Positions 37,663 through 45,645 of a stretch of DNA of 64,000 bases are shown piece by piece. Below the pieces are notes generated by a model that worked only from the letters and a program-made list of their open reading frames with translations, had not been told where the DNA came from and ran no database searches. How positions within the stretch are numbered: the first letter of the stretch is position 1; each line of letters opens with the position of its first letter. The stretch spans positions 64,001 through 128,000 of the IMG/VR virus record IMGVR_UViG_3300023202_000336; one strand, written 5' to 3'. The position numbers and the translations under genes were made by a program. The DNA comes from a virus.

Positions 37663-37737
37663 ATCGTTCCCGTGACGTTTATATAGTTAAGTGGTTCGAT
37701 AAAATACAGCATGATTGCGGTGAGTTCGTTTAGCATA
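36822..37737. repeat. 29-bp direct repeat pair (36822-36850 and 37709-37737, 1 mismatch) flanking the GT32-like domain
   Basis: GCATGATTGCGGTGAGTTCGTT(G/T)AGCATA; on the minus strand both encode MLNELTAIM. Confidence 0.9.
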
Positions 37738-37802
37738 TGATAAGTTATCGAAAACCCAACCGGGCTTATCAGCAAGTAAAAGTATTTTCATGGCGGTGCC
37801 TA

Positions 37803-38447
37803 TTAGCGTCTAGTTAGGGAAATCCAGGTAGCCTGTTCAGTAACGTCATCTTGTAAAAACAACGGATCGTTAGTAGCAAGTACTATATGTCTCCCCATGT
37901 TACGGGCCAAATATCTATCCGCTGGACAGTTATCGCTTTTAATAGCGCTATCACGGCATGCCTTTGATATTACTTTTAGAGAGTTCTCGACATAACTTTC
38001 AGTAACATGTAACACAGCATGAGTACCACACATATTAAGTATCCGTATACATTTAGAGCTATATTTATATATCGCTACTTTTCCTAGTTCAGAGTGACCG
38101 GGCCCTACTGGGCCATATAGAGAGTGGCCTAAGTATACGCGGTCTGTTTCGTCCGGTATATCTATGATAGGAGTATACCACCCTGTTTCTTTTGCGTCAT
38201 CTTCGAGTACCAAGGCCGGCAGTCTACCGCGTATGTAGCAGGCGGCATGGAAGGCAGCAAGGTTGGCACCAAGATATTTCTTTCTACTCTTAACCCCCGG
38301 GATTCTTTCGTGACGTGTAATACCAAGTCTCTCAAACATATTTTCGATGTTTTTACGACGCGCTACATCTTGATCTAAGTTAATGTAAAATACATTAACA
38401 TCTTTCCTGAGGTCGAGTTTCATATCATCCCCATCAATCGTAACCAC
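37803..38447 (-). CDS. Glycosyltransferase family 25-like
   Basis: VFYINLDQDVARR and LVLEDDA motifs. Confidence 0.75.
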   Translation of the reverse strand: MVTIDGDDMKLDLRKDVNVFYINLDQDVARRKNIENMFERLGITRHERIPGVKSRKKYLGANLAAFHAACYIRGRLPALVLEDDAKETGWYTPIIDIPDETDRVYLGHSLYGPVGPGHSELGKVAIYKYSSKCIRILNMCGTHAVLHVTESYVENSLKVISKACRDSAIKSDNCPADRYLARNMGRHIVLATNDPLFLQDDVTEQATWISLTRR

Positions 38448-39685
38448 TCGTTTGCAGTTTGTTTCGGTGAAGACTGCACGACTGGAGGCTGCACGTTGTT
38501 TACGGAATGCTCCCTGATTGTTTCAGCAATCATTTCAGCCGCCTCACGCGGATCGACGGTACGAATATACGAGTCGGGAGTATGTTCTGTTTCCCGCCCG
38601 GGATACCATTCGAAACGTGACGCTTCCAGCTCGATACCTCGTCCGTCGATGATCTCACCGGTTACGAAATCGTTCGGTCCAGCGACAAGAGTTCCAGCCG
38701 ACATCGCTTCTGCTACCGTAAAGTTCCAGCTATTTTTAAGTGAAGTGTCGAGTACGAGATCGCACGCGTTGTAGAGGTAGTTCATCTCTTGATCCGAAAG
38801 TCCTGGGGCTTTAGTCTTCTGATCGAAGAATCCGTATCCGAGTAGTATATCGTCCTCGAGTTCCAACTCGTTTCCGATCACGAGTGACTCGATATCGAGC
38901 CATTCGTTCTCGGTGTTAGCGGGTCGATATGGTGACATATGAAGGTAGCCTCTCACTTTTCCATCGATGAACGGATCTTTTTCGTTGAGAGTCTTCAGAT
39001 GCGCGATGGTCTGAATCGCGAGTGGGATCCCCTTCTTGATCGTCGGATTCCCGGAAACCAGTATGAGGAAGTCGTTCGGATCGACCTTTTCGTTGAAGAG
39101 ATGCTGACGAAGTTCCTCGGGCCCGTATTCGCCCGCATGTACGTTGAGTGGACGGAATATCGATGAATCTACCGCAGGCGGGATATACCACATATTCCGC
39201 GCAGCCACGTACGTATCGATATCTACCTTGTTCTCCTGCGTAGCTTCGATGAGTGCTTCCCGATAGGCGGCTCGAGCCATATATGAAGGCGTTACGAAAA
39301 AGTCGAATTTGGATACCGTTTTAAGATACTTCCCGTCGATAAAGGGAGTATCGATAAGGCCGTAACCGATCGAAAGACTATTGCGGACTTCCAGATTATC
39401 TGCCAGATCTTCGAGTGTCCCTATATCGAGTGTATGCGTAATACCCAGCGTTTTCTCAGCAGGTACGGCGTTTAGGACTTCTACGTTATCAGGGGGATCG
39501 AACTGATACGCCCCCTGGTAGGGGGCCCTGACGGCTACGAGAATACGTTCGAAGCGAGGCCCCCAGAGGGGGAGCATATCTTTGAGAAACCGCCCGAAAA
39601 GGTAGTGATCACCCGGGTGGGGGGAGCAGATCATGAGTTGAGCCATCGCGCGAACGCTATTCCTATTTGAGGCAGTTGTCAACAA
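38420..39685 (-). CDS. Glycosyltransferase family 4 (GT-B fold)
   Basis: YNACDLVLDTS..SW..TVAEAMSAGT motif. Confidence 0.8.
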   Translation of the reverse strand: MLTTASNRNSVRAMAQLMICSPHPGDHYLFGRFLKDMLPLWGPRFERILVAVRAPYQGAYQFDPPDNVEVLNAVPAEKTLGITHTLDIGTLEDLADNLEVRNSLSIGYGLIDTPFIDGKYLKTVSKFDFFVTPSYMARAAYREALIEATQENKVDIDTYVAARNMWYIPPAVDSSIFRPLNVHAGEYGPEELRQHLFNEKVDPNDFLILVSGNPTIKKGIPLAIQTIAHLKTLNEKDPFIDGKVRGYLHMSPYRPANTENEWLDIESLVIGNELELEDDILLGYGFFDQKTKAPGLSDQEMNYLYNACDLVLDTSLKNSWNFTVAEAMSAGTLVAGPNDFVTGEIIDGRGIELEASRFEWYPGRETEHTPDSYIRTVDPREAAEMIAETIREHSVNNVQPPVVQSSPKQTANEWLRLMGMI

Positions 39686-39767
39686 CCTTGTGGTGCCCCC
39701 TCGAGGGGCTTTCCGTTATCTGTGAACGCGCGTACAAAATCGAAAGCCCCCTGGGGGGCATAGTGAA

Positions 39768-39796
39768 TTCAGAGCCTTATTTACGTATATATAAAT
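39768..39796 (+). promoter_or_regulatory. Putative promoter for the structured RNA (TTCAGA-16-TATAAA; contains TATATATAAA)
   Basis: AT-rich island; 10-mer shared with the CRISPR leader. Confidence 0.4.
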
Positions 39797-39804
39797 GAGG
39801 AAAG

Positions 39805-40460
39805 TTATGCTATCGCAAGATAGCGTGGCTGGCAGCCGTAAAGCAATTTACGGTGGTCGCGCGGTTCTGAAGAATCGTGCGGCGGCGGAATCGCGATTCG
39901 TCGCGATTTCGTTTTGCCCTTGGTGGGACTGCGGTCCAGCGGACCGGGATCCTAAGGGATCCCGCTGCCGCCTTTCGGCGAAGTACGCCGGCACCTGGAG
40001 AGACGGTAATAAGCTCCGGGTGTAAAGCCCGCAAGGGTCAAAACCCGGAGTGAAATGGCCGTCTAGGAGTAAGCCCTACGTCATGAGGCATCTGAAACCG
40101 TCGTGACTCCTCCACGACAGACCCTCAGGGCAGCGTGAAAACAAAGCGCGTAAGACCAAGGTTCGGGCTGGTCCACGCTCGTAATAGAAGGACAAAACAA
40201 AACAAAAAGGATTAGGAGATGGCGCTCCGACATCCCATCTTCTTAACAGGGTACGTCCCTGAGAAGATGGCCTGCTATGTTACCCCTTGAGTGGGGAAGT
40301 TCCGCGAGGAGCAGGCGATGCCCGTTATCGATAAACGGGAAGTCTAAGGTATACCACCGCCCTTTGGTAGGAGTATATCGGAGGCGTTTTGTCCCGCGAT
40401 AGCAGCCACCTCCACGCGGTGCGGGATGGACACTTGGCTTGTTGCCAGGTGACTAGGAGC
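39805..40460 (+). ncRNA. Candidate large structured non-coding RNA (~600-650 nt), class unassigned
   Basis: More than a dozen hairpins, several with GCAA or UUCG tetraloops and G-U pairs favouring the + strand; 5'/3' long-range complementarity; no credible ORF. Confidence 0.7.
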
Positions 40461-40491
40461 TGCACGGCTGACCCGGACAGGAGACACGATC

Positions 40492-40896
40492 ATGAACATC
40501 GACCATACCGTCACCATCGACTACCTGCGGGCCTGGCGCGTCCGCCGTCTGCTGCGGCACCTGCCGCAGCACTACGAAGATGGCGGCGACCCCGACATCC
40601 CGCGCGGCGATGTCGGGGTCATCACTGGCCCCGGGATAGGGGCCGGGGAGCCCACGGGATACCGCGTCGAAGAGCGGGTAGTGGATGTCCCCGGATTCGG
40701 GGACATCCACGTCTGGATCCGACTGTCCTCTGGGCACCGGATCCAGGGTGGAGTCGTCGTGGGCTCAGGCACATGGAGGGTCCAGGACGCCTACGTCCCG
40801 GGCATGCAGGAGTTCGACATGGCTCAGCTGTCGGCCATCGTTGACCAGTTGGATGTCGACCTTCTGCGGCAGACTGAGGACCTACTAGACGCCTGA
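40492..40896 (+). CDS. Hypothetical protein
   Basis: SD AGGAG; flanked by 11-bp direct repeat CTGACCCGGAC. Confidence 0.65.
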   Translation: MNIDHTVTIDYLRAWRVRRLLRHLPQHYEDGGDPDIPRGDVGVITGPGIGAGEPTGYRVEERVVDVPGFGDIHVWIRLSSGHRIQGGVVVGSGTWRVQDAYVPGMQEFDMAQLSAIVDQLDVDLLRQTEDLLDA

Positions 40897-40989
40897 CCCG
40901 GACCAGGGCACCGTCTCCGCACGGTGCCCGCGCCCTGGCCACGCGTCATCACCACCGGCCCTTCGGGGCACACAGGAGACCTTCATGTT

Positions 40990-41931
40990 ATGACAGACAA
41001 AATAGAAAAACTGACTCCAGAGCAAGAAGCTCTGGTGCCCGTTTACCGCCAGCGATACTTCGATATCGGCTGGTCGACGGACGAGACCGATCGGGAGGCG
41101 GCCGAGAAGGCCATGCGAGAGTTGCACGAGATCAAGGGTTGGGATCAGCCGGAGATCGTCTGGTTCCAGAGCCCCTACGCGGCCGTGGACACGATCATCG
41201 AGTCCTCGGACAAAGATCCCGAAAACACCGATATTTCGATGAACGGCCCCTGCGCCGCGCTGGACGCGGTATGGGGGTGCTTCTACAAGTTCGGCGAGGA
41301 ACTAAAGCCGGACATGTATAAGGAGGAGGACAGTCGTCTGCTCGACGCCTGGGACCGACTGTGCAAGAGCTGCGGCCCCTGCTGGCTCTATACCAATTAT
41401 GTCCTGATGACGGACAAGCCGGTGGAGGCCCACTACAACGATGGGGAGCTCGTGCACTGTGACACGGGCCCCGCACTACGGTATTCAGATGGTCACGAGA
41501 TGTACGCTATCGACGGCGTGCGTTTGCCGCGGTCTATCGCCAAGAAGGCAGTGATGACTCCTTGGGAGATGACGCTCGAGGAGATCGAGGATTCGGATCT
41601 CGACGAGGATGTCCGCACCATCCTGCAAGACAGGTGGTGCTACAATGAGATCGATGATGCCGGCGATTACGTCGGTTCGGGTGGCGGTCGTTTTCTCAAG
41701 GAGACCGGTGCCGTTTCGATTCACGAGGACGTATACAAGGCTTACAAGGACGTGGCCATCATGCGAAGCCTCCTGCGCGACAAGTACGGCAGGAAGTGGT
41801 TGATGTGCGCTGATTCGTCGACCACGCGAGTGTACTACATTCGCGTCGATGACTCGGCGAGCACGTGCGAGGAGGGGCACATGTCGATCAACGGCGGTAC
41901 CCCAGACAGTGATATCCAGGTCAGCTCGTAG
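40990..41931 (+). CDS. DUF6745-like phage protein
   Basis: IEKLTPEQEAL.. start; LVHCDTGPALRYSDG..YAIDGV motif. Confidence 0.7.
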   Translation: MTDKIEKLTPEQEALVPVYRQRYFDIGWSTDETDREAAEKAMRELHEIKGWDQPEIVWFQSPYAAVDTIIESSDKDPENTDISMNGPCAALDAVWGCFYKFGEELKPDMYKEEDSRLLDAWDRLCKSCGPCWLYTNYVLMTDKPVEAHYNDGELVHCDTGPALRYSDGHEMYAIDGVRLPRSIAKKAVMTPWEMTLEEIEDSDLDEDVRTILQDRWCYNEIDDAGDYVGSGGGRFLKETGAVSIHEDVYKAYKDVAIMRSLLRDKYGRKWLMCADSSTTRVYYIRVDDSASTCEEGHMSINGGTPDSDIQVSS

Positions 41932-42005
41932 CAGGCCCTGGTTGCTTTTCCATTTCACACCGTTTTAATTTTTGCCAACCAAAGAACCCGAGAAGGAGCA
42001 ACAAC

Positions 42006-42452
42006 ATGTCCGAAGACAGCATACTCGAGGTCAGCGAACGCATGCATATCTCGGCCCGCAAGGGCGCCGACCCCGAGACCCGCTTGATCGATGGCATTAC
42101 CGCCACGATCGACTACGGCAAGAGGGGCCGCCAGGGCGACGTGTACCTGAAGCGCCTGACATGCGACCGCAAGCTGGTCAAGGGCCTGAGGAAGACAGAC
42201 AACCCGCAGCTGGTGCCCGGTACCTCCATCGGCAGCCGCCACACGCTGCGGATGGACCGCGGTGAGGAGATCTACCTCCGCAAGAATCCCAGTCCCCTCC
42301 AGGGGCCGATCATCTACGCGCCGAACGGGTTCTACCTCGAGCATCCGAAACACGCGGACTTCGATTGCCGTCTGCCCGGCGTTTACGAAGTCACCTTCCC
42401 GGCCGACAAGGTCGCAGAAGAGCTCGGCGAGATCCGTCGCCGGATCGACTAG
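42006..42452 (+). CDS. Hypothetical protein commonly paired with DUF6745 proteins
   Basis: RQGDVY, GSRH and EHPKHA..LPGVYEV motifs; SD AAGGAG. Confidence 0.65.
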   Translation: MSEDSILEVSERMHISARKGADPETRLIDGITATIDYGKRGRQGDVYLKRLTCDRKLVKGLRKTDNPQLVPGTSIGSRHTLRMDRGEEIYLRKNPSPLQGPIIYAPNGFYLEHPKHADFDCRLPGVYEVTFPADKVAEELGEIRRRID

Positions 42453-42502
42453 TCGATCCACTGATCCTCGCTGCAGCTCGTCTAGACGAGCTGCAGCGAG
42501 GA
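42442..42502. repeat. Two adjacent perfect spacerless palindromes (18 bp at 42442-42459; 38 bp at 42465-42502), both centred on CTAG
   Basis: GGATCGACT|AGTCGATCC and TCCTCGCTGCAGCTCGTCT|AGACGAGCTGCAGCGAGGA. Confidence 0.95.
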
Positions 42503-42550
42503 CATCCGCCGCGACCTGAAGATCGTCTCATAAGACCGAAAGGAAGAAAC

Positions 42551-42856
42551 GTGGATCGAGGTAATACCTGGCCTGAGCAGGAGGTCATCGAGGCCTGGGC
42601 TCAGCGTCATGGAATCAAGGCGTCGAATAAACAGCTCATGGAGCTCAAAGAAGAAATGACGAAGCTCTCGTGCAGTTTCGATAAAGCGCGACTTGTATTT
42701 CTCGCGGGCGAAGTATTCGATCAGATAGGTGACGTAGATGTACATGAGCAAGCATTTTTATACGCGAGCGCTTTCGGCCGCGAAGAACCGAACGATGACG
42801 ATTACTGTGCTGCGGTACGGGACGCAATCGATCACGGTATGGAACTCGATCTATGA
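42551..42856 (+). CDS. Hypothetical protein
   Basis: GTG start after AGGAAG. Confidence 0.55.
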   Translation: MDRGNTWPEQEVIEAWAQRHGIKASNKQLMELKEEMTKLSCSFDKARLVFLAGEVFDQIGDVDVHEQAFLYASAFGREEPNDDDYCAAVRDAIDHGMELDL

Positions 42857-42880
42857 GGCGAATGTCTTCTATGTTACGAT

Positions 42881-43096
42881 ATGAAAGCAACTATCGAATA
42901 CGAGTTGCCGGATGACGAAAAAGCACTTATCGTGGCATCTTGTATTAACAAAATACTAGGAGGAGCATCTGAAGCTCACGAACAGCTTCGTATGCTTCTC
43001 AAGCACGAAGAAGATATATCGGAAAAGATTCGCGAGAAGATAGTGGACATAATAAAAAACCTCTATGAGGATACGCAAATAATAGATCTCGTTTAA
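42881..43096 (+). CDS. Small hypothetical protein
   Basis: MKATIEYELPDD start. Confidence 0.55.
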   Translation: MKATIEYELPDDEKALIVASCINKILGGASEAHEQLRMLLKHEEDISEKIREKIVDIIKNLYEDTQIIDLV

Positions 43097-43108
43097 TAAG
43101 GAGAAGAA

Positions 43109-43627
43109 ATGAGCAAAGTAAAAGCGGTAACGTTTGTTATCGTAGTTGCTGCAGTAACGTTTCTCGTTGTCGAGGGTGTCCTTCCGGTGCTGGTTGCAGC
43201 TTTCGAAGCCGGAGCACAGGACGAACAGAGGTCGTCAACAGCGATAGAAAAGGCAGAGGAACTGCCGAGGACGGTGAAGGTCGAAGCGGTCGCTACGGGC
43301 TACTGTCCGTGCGAGAAGTGCTGCGGTCGATTCGCCGATGGAATAACGGCGAATGGAAGGTCGGTTGAGATGCATCCGTATGGGATTGCCGCTGATCCTT
43401 TGGTATTGCCGTACGGGGCGAAGATCGATGTCCCCGGGTACGGTCGTGCCGAGGTCGACGATACCGGAGCGGCGATGAGTAATTCTGAGGTCCCTCACGT
43501 CGATCTCAGGTTCAAGACACACGACGAGGCTCTCGAGTGGGGTCGACGAGATGTCATCTTAGAGGTCTCGACGGTCAATCTCGTGAGGGACCAGATCGAG
43601 TCCCTCCTCGCCCATACGCTTCGGTAG
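43109..43627 (+). CDS. 3D-domain (MltA-like) cell-wall-associated protein with N-terminal TM/signal segment
   Basis: ATGYCPCEKCC, GITANG, IAADP..LPYG, DTGAAM and HVDLRF motifs. Confidence 0.85.
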   Translation: MSKVKAVTFVIVVAAVTFLVVEGVLPVLVAAFEAGAQDEQRSSTAIEKAEELPRTVKVEAVATGYCPCEKCCGRFADGITANGRSVEMHPYGIAADPLVLPYGAKIDVPGYGRAEVDDTGAAMSNSEVPHVDLRFKTHDEALEWGRRDVILEVSTVNLVRDQIESLLAHTLR

Positions 43628-43667
43628 CTCAGCGGAAGAGTAAGTCTACTACGTGTGTTGCGTAGTG

Positions 43668-43712
43668 CGAGGGTCGGCCGGTGATTTCTGGATGTTCGGT
43701 CGGCCCTCGTTT
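43668..43712 (+). terminator. Terminator-like hairpin overlapping the first bases of the repeat-like leader
   Basis: CGAGGGTCGGCCG / CGGTCGGCCCTCG then TTT. Confidence 0.55.
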
Positions 43713-43799
43713 ATGCTCGCTCAGGAGCTTTGTATCTGAGACTCGGGCGAAATCCGTCGAGGCCCCGTATCTGAGACGCATCTGATATCGGAGCCTCGT
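43707..43799 (+). CRISPR. Degenerate mini-array in the cas12 leader: one full variant repeat, a 17-nt spacer, a 3'-half repeat and a loop fragment
   Basis: TCGTTTATGCTCGCTCAGGAGCTTTGTATCTGAGAC (43707-43742); AGGCCCCGTATCTGAGAC (43760-43777); GAGCCTCGT near 43791. Confidence 0.75.
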
Positions 43800-43824
43800 C
43801 CCACCAACCGCTAAGGAGAACGAG

Positions 43825-45549
43825 ATGCAAAGAGGACGCGATCCAGCGAATATTTACAGCTTCGCTGCATACGTATACCGCGAGGATTACGAGCGGACCG
43901 GCGATATACTGTTCAATGCGAACCGGTTCGGAAACGCGCTTGTCGCGATCGAACTCCACCGTCGCGAAGAGTGCGAGAAAATACTTCGACAGTGCTCGAA
44001 GGATTACACGGACGCGCGCGCCAAGGAAGACGCGCTCGTCGACCACCTTCAAGCGATCGGCAAGGAGCTGGGTCGATATCGCCAAAAGAAGCGTGAAAAG
44101 AAGACGCCGAAGGAGCTCCGTGAAAAGTACACGGAGGTCGAAGGGCAACTCGAGAAGCATCGAAACAGCGTGGTGCTTCCGATCCGCCGGGAGCTCTACA
44201 GGAGCCCCAAAGTCAAGAAGCTCCTGAAGAAGCTACATGAGAAGGTAACCGCGGATAAAAAAGAAGCGCGGGCCAACAGGAACTGTTACTGGGGGACGGG
44301 TGGTCTCGTGGAGAAGGCCCACGAGAATGACGGAGAAGGGCCGCCTCCGTCATTCAAGCGATTCGACGGAACCGGTCGAATCGGTGTGCAGCTCCAACAG
44401 CAGTCAGGAGCTCCTCCGTGGACCCCGGAGCGGCTCACGAGAGAGAACACTCTCCTGATGCTCGATGTGGACCAGATGCCCGATGATTTCGTCGGCGCCG
44501 ATCTGAACACAAGGTACAAGAAAAGTCAGAAGAAACGCTGTCCGGTCCGTATGAGGATCGGTTCGGAGAAAGCCAAGCCGGTGTGGCTCGACTTCATGGT
44601 CAAGTTCCATCGACCGCTTCCAGAAGGCTGCAAGATCAAAGCAGCCTGGATCCTTTTCAAAAAGGTCGGGACGCATACGAAAACGTATTTTCAAACGCAA
44701 GTGGCGCGTCCCGAGGGGTTCATGAGAGACGACGTCGCCGATGGCGGCCATGTCGCGGTCGATCTTGGCTGGAGAAAGTTCGAGGACGACCGGGTCCGCG
44801 TCGCCTACTGGCTCGGAGATGATGGAGAACAGGGTGAGATCGCTCTCGATCCGGAGCTCCTGAGCCGAGACCGGAAGAACCGGTCACTCCAGTCGATCTA
44901 CGATCGACAGTTCGACTCCATGAAGGAGCTCCTCCATGGCTGGATCACCGAGCACAAGAGTTCGGTTCCGGAGTGGCTGAAGGAGGAGACGAAGACCCTG
45001 CCGATCTGGAGATCGAGGTCCCGCTTGGCAAAGGTCATCATCAAGTGGAGGAAACACCAGTTCGACGGCGACGTCGAACTGTATAAAACCGCCGAAAAGT
45101 GGCGGAAGAAGGACAAGCACCTCTTCGACTGGCACAAGTTCCAGGCGAGGATCATCAGGGAAAAGCGGAAGGCGCTTTTCCGAGAGGAAGCGGCAAAGCT
45201 CGCGAGGCGTTATCGCTGCGTCATATTCGAAGATATGAAGATCAGCGATATGGCCAAGGACTCACCGGTGAGCAGCGATGACATGGATCCAATCAAGGAT
45301 ATCATGAAACTCGCGTCGCCAGGGGAGCTTCGAATGGAGTTCGAGAGTCGATTCCGAGACTCCACCAGACAGAAGACGAAGAACACGACGAGAGAATGTT
45401 CGGAGTGCGGTTTCGTTGACGGAGAGTTCGACTTCGTGAATCTGTACCACGAATGCCCGAACTGTCAGGCGGAGAAGGATCAAGATCTCAACGCCTGCGA
45501 GAACCTCCTCGCACGAGAGTTGGGGCCACCAGACGCTTCGGCCGCTTGA
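43825..45549 (+). CDS. cas12m: Type V CRISPR effector, Cas12m (V-U1)-like, 574 aa
   Basis: RFDGTGRIGVQLQQQSGAPPWTP, CYWGT and V(R)MRIG..W matching the remembered Cas12m pattern; RuvC-I VAVDLGWR (D313), RuvC-II IFED (E469), CSEC/CPNC zinc finger, DQDLNA (D554); adjacent array. Confidence 0.8.
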   Translation: MQRGRDPANIYSFAAYVYREDYERTGDILFNANRFGNALVAIELHRREECEKILRQCSKDYTDARAKEDALVDHLQAIGKELGRYRQKKREKKTPKELREKYTEVEGQLEKHRNSVVLPIRRELYRSPKVKKLLKKLHEKVTADKKEARANRNCYWGTGGLVEKAHENDGEGPPPSFKRFDGTGRIGVQLQQQSGAPPWTPERLTRENTLLMLDVDQMPDDFVGADLNTRYKKSQKKRCPVRMRIGSEKAKPVWLDFMVKFHRPLPEGCKIKAAWILFKKVGTHTKTYFQTQVARPEGFMRDDVADGGHVAVDLGWRKFEDDRVRVAYWLGDDGEQGEIALDPELLSRDRKNRSLQSIYDRQFDSMKELLHGWITEHKSSVPEWLKEETKTLPIWRSRSRLAKVIIKWRKHQFDGDVELYKTAEKWRKKDKHLFDWHKFQARIIREKRKALFREEAAKLARRYRCVIFEDMKISDMAKDSPVSSDDMDPIKDIMKLASPGELRMEFESRFRDSTRQKTKNTTRECSECGFVDGEFDFVNLYHECPNCQAEKDQDLNACENLLARELGPPDASAA

Positions 45550-45556
45550 GAATGTT

Positions 45557-45606
45557 TTCGAGCGGCTACGTCGTCGATAAGATGACGTAGTCGCTCGAAG
45601 TCTTTT
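45557..45606 (+). terminator. Terminator between effector and array leader
   Basis: 19-bp stem with G-U pairs, GATAA loop, then GTCTTTT. Confidence 0.75.
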
Positions 45607-45645
45607 ATGCGATATTGTTTATATATAAAAATTTTGACAGTACTG
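45607..45645 (+). promoter_or_regulatory. AT-rich CRISPR leader/promoter
   Basis: GATATTGTTTATATATAAAAATTTTGACAG in a GC-rich context. Confidence 0.65.

Noticed and set aside
39510-39760. Four CCCCC-Nx-GGGG(G) inverted motifs near the divergent promoter region
   Set aside because: Spacer lengths differ (1-5 nt) and two lie in coding sequence; weak as an operator family.
39795-40034. Short ORFs on both strands over the structured region
   Set aside because: No SD, atypical composition, and they run through tetraloop hairpins; more likely incidental.
39797-40050. RNase P-like words GAGGAAAGT and AAAACCCGG in the structured region
   Set aside because: The two segments cannot form the P4 helix and other conserved regions are absent; the RNA is left unassigned.
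43677-43700. GGTGATTTCTGGATGTTCGG resembling a tmRNA 5' end
   Set aside because: It is the loop of a local hairpin; no matching T-arm/CCA end or tag reading frame found.
45550-45645. Possible tracrRNA/anti-repeat between effector and array
   Set aside because: The only structure is a self-contained terminator hairpin with no complementarity to the repeat.
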